A DNA stretch of 64,000 nt from sequence record MT612989.1. The stretch is one strand, 5' to 3'. Of this stretch, positions 47,315-54,100 are shown one piece after another. The position numbers were made by a program, and so were the translations under genes. Numbering within the stretch: the first letter of the stretch is position 1; every line of letters starts with the position of its first letter. Under the pieces are notes generated by a model, which made no database searches, had not been told where the DNA came from, and was given only the letters and a program-made list of their open reading frames with translations.

Positions 47315-47351
47315 AGCATGAGAGCAGCATGCCATTAATTGATGAGACGTT

Positions 47352-47440
47352 GGAAGCATGGTCTAAAGGTATGACAGCACCCTGCTAAGGTGTCGGACGT
47401 TAATAGCGTTCTCTGGGTTCGATTCCCAGTGCTTCCGCCA
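47352..47440 (+). tRNA. tRNA-Ser(GCT)
   Basis: GCACC-CTGCTAA-GGTGT, long variable arm, G-CCA. Confidence 0.92.
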
Positions 47441-47445
47441 AATTC

Positions 47446-47705
47446 GCAATAAGACATTGTACAGCAATCATTACAAAATCAAAGCAAACTTTAATAGTAA
47501 TGAGGCGCACTAGCTGCTTTCTCAGTGATGACGTGAGCCTGTCGCATTCTCATGGTAGGAAATGACCATTAAGACGGTGTTCGTACTGTCAAACGAAATA
47601 GGACTCATGCCGAATCATGAGTATTTTTCCGATGAGAAACATCGTTATAGTCAATTGAGATTTAAGGAAAGACGATAAAACATTTCTCGAATGTCTGTGT
47701 ATTGC
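47446..47705 (+). ncRNA. About 260-nt RNA H closed by the motif stem
   Basis: GCAAT-AA-GACATT-GTA-CAGCAA ... AATGTC-TG-TGT-ATTGC, several internal hairpins, then terminator. Confidence 0.65.
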
Positions 47706-47712
47706 ACATTAG

Positions 47713-47736
47713 AACCTGCCTTGAGCAGGTTTTTTT
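47713..47736 (+). terminator. Terminator ending the tRNA cluster
   Basis: AACCTGC/GCAGGTT then T tract. Confidence 0.85.
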
Positions 47737-47826
47737 GTTTATGGCGTTTGATAATTGATATAGTCTAAAGAAACAGTTAGATATGATTCTAAATACAGAT
47801 GAACTCAAATCAATTGGAGAAATGTC

Positions 47827-48033
47827 ATGAGTGATAAAACATTCGATAAGTTCATGTTAGAACTAGAAGAACAAAAGCCAGAAGATAAAAAGAAAAAGAA
47901 ACGTTCAGTAAAAGATCGTGTCAAGTCTGGTGCAAAGAAAGCTGGTAAAGCTGCGAAAACTGGTGCTAAAGTAGCCGCTGGTGCTGCTGCGGTAGGTCTT
48001 GCAACTCAAGTAACAAAGAAATCTAACGAATAA
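47827..48033 (+). CDS. Small Lys/Ala-rich late protein, possible internal protein
   Basis: MSDKTFDKFMLE start; TCTAAATA at 47788-47795; GGAG RBS. Confidence 0.6.
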   Translation: MSDKTFDKFMLELEEQKPEDKKKKKRSVKDRVKSGAKKAGKAAKTGAKVAAGAAAVGLATQVTKKSNE

Positions 48034-48260
48034 TGAAGAACATTCATCAAAAGTCTCATGCTCGTGAAGGGCGTGGTTCTGGTAATGGGCACAATGAAAA
48101 TTGGCGCAATGCACCTCTTTGGAAGAACATTGGTCCCAATGCTGAAAAGATTAAAAAGGAAGCAGAAGCCGCAGAGAAAGACGAAGAGATTGATAAACCC
48201 AATCTCGATGAGTTATCGCAGCGTGAGCGTATGCGCCGTTTACAAAGCATAGCGCATTAA
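48033..48260 (+). CDS. Hypothetical protein (75 aa)
   Basis: Coupled to previous ORF (TAATG). Confidence 0.65.
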   Translation: MKNIHQKSHAREGRGSGNGHNENWRNAPLWKNIGPNAEKIKKEAEAAEKDEEIDKPNLDELSQRERMRRLQSIAH

Positions 48261-48284
48261 TCTGAATTGGCGTAACTTCTCAGT

Positions 48285-48330
48285 GGGAGATATGTGGTCA
48301 AGGCAATAGGTTCGATTCCTGTGTCTCCCG
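48285..48330 (+). ncRNA. Mini tRNA-like element lacking anticodon arm
   Basis: GGGAGAT/GTCTCCC stem with T arm ATAGG-TTCGATT-CCTGT. Confidence 0.45.
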
Positions 48331-48358
48331 TATTCTATTAACTAAGAGGTGAGCAATC

Positions 48359-48571
48359 ATGGAAATACTTTCTGAAGAAACACTAAAAAGCATGGAATTG
48401 TCTGAAGTTTGCAAAGTACGCAAAACGCTTAATAAATTTATTGCACGTCTGCGCAAAGATTTTCGAGACTTTCAATGTAACCGAGTTGATGAGAAATATT
48501 ATAAAGAACATCTTATGTACTCCACGATTGTAGATCGAATGATCGAAAAAAAGTTACGCCATTCACACTAA
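48359..48571 (+). CDS. Hypothetical protein (70 aa)
   Basis: GAGG RBS. Confidence 0.7.
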   Translation: MEILSEETLKSMELSEVCKVRKTLNKFIARLRKDFRDFQCNRVDEKYYKEHLMYSTIVDRMIEKKLRHSH

Positions 48572-48572
48572 C

Positions 48573-48598
48573 AAAAAAGCCCCAATTAAGGGGCTTTT
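48573..48598. terminator. Bidirectional terminator
   Basis: A6-GCCCC..GGGGC-T4 between convergent genes. Confidence 0.8.
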
Positions 48599-48602
48599 AT
48601 TT

Positions 48603-48974
48603 TTATAGCTTATGTTGAATCATTAGCTCATGTAAACCTTCAACTGCAAAATCATTCAGCCTATCTAGCTCGACATCTAACTTGTCCATTGCCATTCTTA
48701 GTTCATCACTAATACCTTTCTTATAGCGTAGCTTATTGATCAGCCTCTTCGCGTCTAACACGTTCATCTTGATGTGTTCGTAATTATATCGCACTGCTTC
48801 ATATCGATATTTGTTTTGCTTGGCTTTCTGTTCGATATGCAACAATTTAGTGTGCATCTTGGCTAGTTTCTTAATGCTGCGCGAGTCAGCCCCTGCTTTG
48901 TATCTAGACCATTGTCTTTCAAACCAACCTTCGTTTAGGTACTCTTCAAAAGATTTTATTTTTTCGTCATTCAT
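48603..48974 (-). CDS. Possible internal head protein (123 aa)
   Basis: IKSFEEYLNE resembles capsid-targeting sequence; GATAAATA at 49008-49015. Confidence 0.55.
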   Translation of the reverse strand: MNDEKIKSFEEYLNEGWFERQWSRYKAGADSRSIKKLAKMHTKLLHIEQKAKQNKYRYEAVRYNYEHIKMNVLDAKRLINKLRYKKGISDELRMAMDKLDVELDRLNDFAVEGLHELMIQHKL

Positions 48975-49039
48975 GTGTTGACTTCCTGTTGTTAAACCTG
49001 TATCATGTATTTATCGGAAATAACTAACGAGAATTTACT

Positions 49040-49387
49040 ATGTTTGTAATGATTGATGATATGCGTGATATCGATAAGTTCACTGCGCCTGAAATTTCCG
49101 CAGATCAGAAGCTTGTTTTGCGTACGTATGAAGACGGTATGAAATTCGTCAAACATACGAATCTTACAGATATTACTTTATTCATGGACAATGATCTAGG
49201 CGGTGCTCTTGGTCATGAGGGATATGATATTCTCTCTCATGCAATTGATCATCGTAACTTCCCACGCACAGTTGTTCTAGTAACGAGTAACCCTGTTGCT
49301 CACTCTAAGATGACTATGATGTTGATGAGTACACTTCAATATAAACGTGTGGGTTCTATCTTTATGAGGCAAGATACATGCACTTAA
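49040..49387 (+). CDS. Cyclic-phosphate-processing receiver-like domain protein
   Basis: IDDMR, MDNDLG..EGYDIL, VTSNPVAHSKM pattern of that family (recognised from memory). Confidence 0.7.
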   Translation: MFVMIDDMRDIDKFTAPEISADQKLVLRTYEDGMKFVKHTNLTDITLFMDNDLGGALGHEGYDILSHAIDHRNFPRTVVLVTSNPVAHSKMTMMLMSTLQYKRVGSIFMRQDTCT

Positions 49388-49743
49388 ACGTAATTTCTGC
49401 TGCTGCAAATGCAATTAGAGTCACTTTACCAAATGGCGAAGAGAGGGATATTGTTGTTGCAGATAGCTGCCATTTTGGTCGAAACATGCAAGGCGTGTTT
49501 AAGCTATTGAAAGAACTTGGCTGTACATATGAACATCGAAGCGAACTTGGTGATCGTGGGCAGGGATTCATCAATTATTGTGGTGAATACTTCAATCGCG
49601 CTGATGCTTATGAACTCGCGAAAGAAAGCGGTCAACCATTCAATGATGGGTACACGCTACCAGATATTGACGGTGATGGTCGTCCTCGTCTCGATAGTTC
49701 ATGCATTCGACATTTTTCAAAACCAATTAAGGAATATCTATGA
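49378..49743 (+). CDS. Conserved phage hypothetical protein
   Basis: ISAAA, HFG, QGFI..GEYFNRADAYELA pattern. Confidence 0.75.
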   Translation: MHLNVISAAANAIRVTLPNGEERDIVVADSCHFGRNMQGVFKLLKELGCTYEHRSELGDRGQGFINYCGEYFNRADAYELAKESGQPFNDGYTLPDIDGDGRPRLDSSCIRHFSKPIKEYL

Positions 49744-50075
49744 GCAATCTATATGATATTTTAACTCAACGAGTCAAGCAGAATCGTTCAAAACGCGAAG
49801 AGTTGTTCGTCGTTGAAATGCGTAAATCAATTGAGCGTAAGATCGGTGGTGTTTCGGGATTTCAGTTCCCGATTACGATTCAAGTTAATCTTGAACGAAA
49901 TGAATGTTGTGATGAAATGATGACTCTCATCAAGAGTGTCATGCGACGTGAGGGATTTCACAATTTCGATGCACAGTTCGGTCATTATTCTGGCGACCCT
50001 CGTGATGTGAGAGACTATTCATATTCTTTTGTGAAATTGACAATTCGAGAAAATAAACAAGCGGGGTTTCAATGA
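49740..50075 (+). CDS. Hypothetical protein (111 aa)
   Basis: Overlapping ATGA junctions in operon. Confidence 0.7.
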   Translation: MSNLYDILTQRVKQNRSKREELFVVEMRKSIERKIGGVSGFQFPITIQVNLERNECCDEMMTLIKSVMRREGFHNFDAQFGHYSGDPRDVRDYSYSFVKLTIRENKQAGFQ

Positions 50076-50386
50076 TGCTTAGTCATGACGAACTTTCAAA
50101 ACAAATTAATCAACGAGAGCAAATAGCTCGTAAAGTTCTTAGCGAACATTATAATGGTGAATGTGAAAAAGAATTCACACATGCAGTTGAAAACGGGGCT
50201 TTTTTCCCGATTAAAATCAAAGTACCAATTCACATTAGTGATTGTGATAAGAAAGGTTCTGGTTTCATTCGTGCATTCTTCGAACAGCATGGCTACCGAA
50301 ATTTACGCACTTGCTATGAATCTGGTGGTTATGTATCTGTTGAAATATTCAAAAATGGTACGAATATCAGTCGTCATTATCGATAA
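50072..50386 (+). CDS. Hypothetical protein (104 aa)
   Basis: Overlapping ATGA junction. Confidence 0.7.
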   Translation: MMLSHDELSKQINQREQIARKVLSEHYNGECEKEFTHAVENGAFFPIKIKVPIHISDCDKKGSGFIRAFFEQHGYRNLRTCYESGGYVSVEIFKNGTNISRHYR

Positions 50387-50399
50387 ATTAAAAAAAGTG

Positions 50400-50427
50400 T
50401 TTACATGCATTAAAATTCGCGTATAAT
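50400..50427 (+). promoter_or_regulatory. Early promoter of Ro60-like gene
   Basis: A tract, GTGTTTACA..TATAAT. Confidence 0.8.
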
Positions 50428-50437
50428 CACTTCATCA

Positions 50438-50482
50438 AAGACATTTTACAGCAATTAATTATGAGGAAATGAACAATGTCAG
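50438..50482 (+). promoter_or_regulatory. Leader hairpin with CWGCA motif enclosing RBS and AUG of Ro60-like gene
   Basis: AA-GACATT-TTA-CAGCAA..GAGG..AATGTC-AG; ATG 50476 lies in the 3' strand. Confidence 0.75.
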
Positions 50483-51912
50483 TATTTATGAACGCAATGC
50501 AAACAAACGATTCACGCACAGCAAACGGTGCAGTTACTCACAGCACTTCAGGTAACGAGTGTCTAAACTTGTTCTTCGGTATTGCTGCTATGCGTGGCAA
50601 CGATCAGTCTAAAACACTGTTCGGTCGTGCGTTTGCAGAAAACCCAGAACTAGCGACTCGCATTCTTTTGTGGTCTCGTGATGTTCGAGGTGGTGCGGGT
50701 GAACGTGGTACTTTCCGTACTCTATTCACTAAACTTTGTAATGAACAGCCTGACGTAGCTCGTGCTGTAATGTCGAAAATTCCAGAACTAGGTCGTTACG
50801 ATGACTTGATTTCTGCTTTCGGTACACGTCTTGAACAAGATGCGATCACAATGTGGTCGAACGCAATTGTCAATGACAAGAATGGTCTTGCTGCGAAGTG
50901 GTTCCCACGTGAAAACAGCAAAAACGGTCATGTGTTCAAGCGCACAATCAAGTCTCTTGGCGTAACTGCGAAGCAGTGGCGTAAGATTCTGTCGCTTCTG
51001 TCTGACACTGTTGAGCAGAAGATGTGTGCGCAAAAATGGGATGCAATCGACTTCGGTAAGTTGCCTTCTGTAGCGTCTGCTCGTTATCAACAAGCATTCG
51101 GTCGTAACGCTTCAACACGTTACACAAACTACATCGAGTCACTTCAAAAAGGTGAAGCGAAGATCAACGCTGGCGCATTGTTCCCATACGATGTCGTTAA
51201 GAGCGTTAGTCACGGTAATGCGTCTGTAGCGAACGAGCAATGGAAAGCTCTGCCAAACTACATGGAAGGTTCTGATGAACGCATCATCCCTGTTGTTGAC
51301 GTGTCTGGCTCTATGAGCACGCCAATTAACGCAGGTACAGACCGTTCAGGTGTGACTTGTAAGCAAGTTGCAATGTCTCTTGGGATTTATGTTGCTGAAC
51401 GCAATGAAGGCATCTTCAAAGATCAGTTCATTTCGTTCTCAAGCGACCCGCACTTCCACCAGTTGCGCGGCTCTTCATTGAAAGAGCGTCTTGATAACAT
51501 GAATCGTTCAGGCGAAGACATGAGTACGAACATCGGTAAGTGCTTTGATGTTCTGCTAGAGCGTGCGAAGCGTGCAAATCTTTCACAAGAAGATATGCCA
51601 ACCAAGTTGCTTATCATGAGTGACATGGAATTCGATCAAGCAAACACTGGTGGTGGTTGGTACGGTCGCGGTGAACCTGCGAACTTCGATGCAATCAAAG
51701 CCAAGTACGCACGTGCTGGTTATGAAATGCCACAACTGGTCTTCTGGAACATTCGTGGTCGTCTTGGCAACGTTCCGGTTAAAGCTGGTGAAGCGGGTAC
51801 TGCACTGGTATCTGGTTGTAGCCCATCTATCTTGACTTCACTGTTGGGTGGTGAGCTTGAGCCAATCAAGATCATGATGAAAACTGTAGGCGTCGAACGC
51901 TACAGCTTTTAA
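50476..51912 (+). CDS. Ro60-like TROVE plus vWA protein (DUF2828-type)
   Basis: TANGA, RDVRGGAGER, PELGRYDDL, LAAKWFPRE; MIDAS VVDVSGSM; SDMEFD; VFWNI. Confidence 0.85.
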   Translation: MSVFMNAMQTNDSRTANGAVTHSTSGNECLNLFFGIAAMRGNDQSKTLFGRAFAENPELATRILLWSRDVRGGAGERGTFRTLFTKLCNEQPDVARAVMSKIPELGRYDDLISAFGTRLEQDAITMWSNAIVNDKNGLAAKWFPRENSKNGHVFKRTIKSLGVTAKQWRKILSLLSDTVEQKMCAQKWDAIDFGKLPSVASARYQQAFGRNASTRYTNYIESLQKGEAKINAGALFPYDVVKSVSHGNASVANEQWKALPNYMEGSDERIIPVVDVSGSMSTPINAGTDRSGVTCKQVAMSLGIYVAERNEGIFKDQFISFSSDPHFHQLRGSSLKERLDNMNRSGEDMSTNIGKCFDVLLERAKRANLSQEDMPTKLLIMSDMEFDQANTGGGWYGRGEPANFDAIKAKYARAGYEMPQLVFWNIRGRLGNVPVKAGEAGTALVSGCSPSILTSLLGGELEPIKIMMKTVGVERYSF

Positions 51913-51921
51913 ATAAGTGAT

Positions 51922-51948
51922 AAGGGCGGCATTGTGCTGCCCTTTTTT
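51922..51948 (+). terminator. Terminator after Ro60-like gene
   Basis: AAGGGCGGCA/TGCTGCCCTT then T tract. Confidence 0.8.
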
Positions 51949-51955
51949 GTAAGAG

Positions 51956-52486
51956 GTGAAAATGTTCGATTGGGAAGCGATAGAAACAGCTATCAATAAC
52001 AGTCATCCAAATAGCACAATATACGTTGGGTGTGATAGTAAGCGTAAAAGTGACATGATTAGTTACGCGACTGTGATCATAATTCATCTTGAAGGTAGTA
52101 AAGGTGCTCAAGTGTTTAAAGCAGTTGAGACTGAACCTGCATACTTATCATGTAAAGATGGTATCAGAAGTCGATTGATGAATGAAGTATACAAAGCGGG
52201 TGAAACTGCACTAATGGTTAAGCCAATGTGCGGTACTAGAGGCTTTGAAGTTCACGTTGACATCAACCCTGACCCTACACACAAATCTCACGTTGCCTAT
52301 AACGAAGCTAAAGGTACTATATTGGGATATGTTGGTCAAGAGCCCGTGTTCAAACCTGATGCGTTTGCTGCGTCTTGTGCTGCTGATTACGACGCAGTTC
52401 GAAGAGCAGATAAAATCGCTAAACGAAAAGAACTTAGACGAGCTAAACGAAAAGCAAAGAAACAAAAAACAAAAGGGCGCAAATAG
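51956..52486 (+). CDS. RNase H-like protein, YkuK family
   Basis: IYVGCDS, RLMNEV, EVHVDIN, KPDAFAASCAAD. Confidence 0.85.
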   Translation: MKMFDWEAIETAINNSHPNSTIYVGCDSKRKSDMISYATVIIIHLEGSKGAQVFKAVETEPAYLSCKDGIRSRLMNEVYKAGETALMVKPMCGTRGFEVHVDINPDPTHKSHVAYNEAKGTILGYVGQEPVFKPDAFAASCAADYDAVRRADKIAKRKELRRAKRKAKKQKTKGRK

Positions 52487-52553
52487 CGCCCTTTTTTACG
52501 GCTATACTAAATACTGTCATATATTCTAATTTCACATACATGGAATAACGCTA

Positions 52554-54089
52554 ATGGCAGAATTAAGATCAACTACCGCAATCGGCGGTAAACTAGTTTG
52601 GCACGGAGGTAATTTACGATTTGACCCACAAGGTGAAACTGTTCTTTACAACGGCTACAAAATTTATACAGAACATGACAAGCCAGACCCGCATACTGAT
52701 TTAACCGAATCTGTTGTTAAGCGTGCTGGTGATTCAATGTCAGGTAGACTAAAGCTCAATGCAATAGGTGAGGTGTTGAGGATTGATGGCGGTGCCGACG
52801 ACGGTTTGGGTGACAATTTAGGTGGTGCCGATGCGTGGATTCGAATCGGTAATACGTCATATGCTTGGAACTTGAGGTATCGAGGTACATCGGCTGGGAC
52901 TGACGGCAACGAGTTCATGATTGAATCTAATAAAGGTAGATACTGGTCATTTGATCATCTCGGTAATATGCAATATTACGATGGTTCAACGCATCGAACT
53001 ATGCTGCATACGGGAAATCAGTCTTTACTTGACGGTCGATTTATAAATGCGTCTGGTGATTCAATGACGGGTGTTTTCAATACATTGACTGCGGCAGAGA
53101 CTAACGAAGGGTCGAGACAACTTCGTTTCCCTTCATCTAGATCGTGGAACTTTCAGACTCGCGGTATAGGTGCTGGGGCGGTGTTATATCTTTCAAGTGA
53201 AAGTACCGACAAAGCATTCAAAATCGAAGATAGTAGTCAGATAACTGCATTGACTGTTGGCGTTGGTGCAAATTCGTATGTAGACGCTGAACGTGAATTG
53301 AGAGAGCGAGGTAATCGCGTATTCAGCCCGAATAACAGAAACATCACCGACTCGGTTAGTACAGCAAGCTCGACTGTATATGCATCTGCGACTGCTGCTA
53401 AAACTGCAAATGATAACGCGAATACTCGTGTACTTAAATCAGGTGATACGATGTCTGGGCATTTATTGTTTGATGTGGGATTTGGTATTCGCCGAACTAA
53501 TGAATATTTCTTAGATTTCAATAGTACTGACATACACATGTCATCAATTGGCGATCTTACTATCGAAGCAGACGCGAACGACAACGAAACAACTCGTCAT
53601 TTGAACTTGATTGCAGGGTTAAACTCGTTGACTATTGATGGTGGTTCTCAGAACAGTGCAAGCGCATTGAAATTCAACGATAACGTTGTACTGCACACTG
53701 GAAACTTCACGACGAATCTAGACGGTCGTTACGTAAACGCCGCAGGTGATTCGATGACGGGTAACTTGACGATGAATGGTAATCTCATCTACGGTTCATC
53801 TACAAGTCGCTATCTGAAGTTAAGTAGTGACACTGAACTTGTTACTCCTGCAAGCGTGTTTATTTCAGCGGATACCGACTCTAGTAGCACTGTAGAAGCG
53901 GTTAATTTAGAAGCGGGTGTTAACATATTAAAAATCAAGTCAAACGCTGCTGCGACGCATACAGACAATATAACGTATAACGGTAGCGTAGTTCAGCACG
54001 ATGGTCGAAGTGAAATGAAATTCGACGACGGTGCAGCGTCGATTGTGTATAACTCAACGAGTGAATCAATCGACTTTATTTTCTCATAA
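52554..54089 (+). CDS. Long tail fibre subunit with gp36-like N-terminus
   Basis: VWHGGNLRFDPQGETVLYNGYKIYTEHDKP resembles T4 gp36; GDSMTG fibre repeats. Confidence 0.75.
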   Translation: MAELRSTTAIGGKLVWHGGNLRFDPQGETVLYNGYKIYTEHDKPDPHTDLTESVVKRAGDSMSGRLKLNAIGEVLRIDGGADDGLGDNLGGADAWIRIGNTSYAWNLRYRGTSAGTDGNEFMIESNKGRYWSFDHLGNMQYYDGSTHRTMLHTGNQSLLDGRFINASGDSMTGVFNTLTAAETNEGSRQLRFPSSRSWNFQTRGIGAGAVLYLSSESTDKAFKIEDSSQITALTVGVGANSYVDAERELRERGNRVFSPNNRNITDSVSTASSTVYASATAAKTANDNANTRVLKSGDTMSGHLLFDVGFGIRRTNEYFLDFNSTDIHMSSIGDLTIEADANDNETTRHLNLIAGLNSLTIDGGSQNSASALKFNDNVVLHTGNFTTNLDGRYVNAAGDSMTGNLTMNGNLIYGSSTSRYLKLSSDTELVTPASVFISADTDSSSTVEAVNLEAGVNILKIKSNAAATHTDNITYNGSVVQHDGRSEMKFDDGAASIVYNSTSESIDFIFS

Positions 54090-54100
54090 GGTGAATTTAT

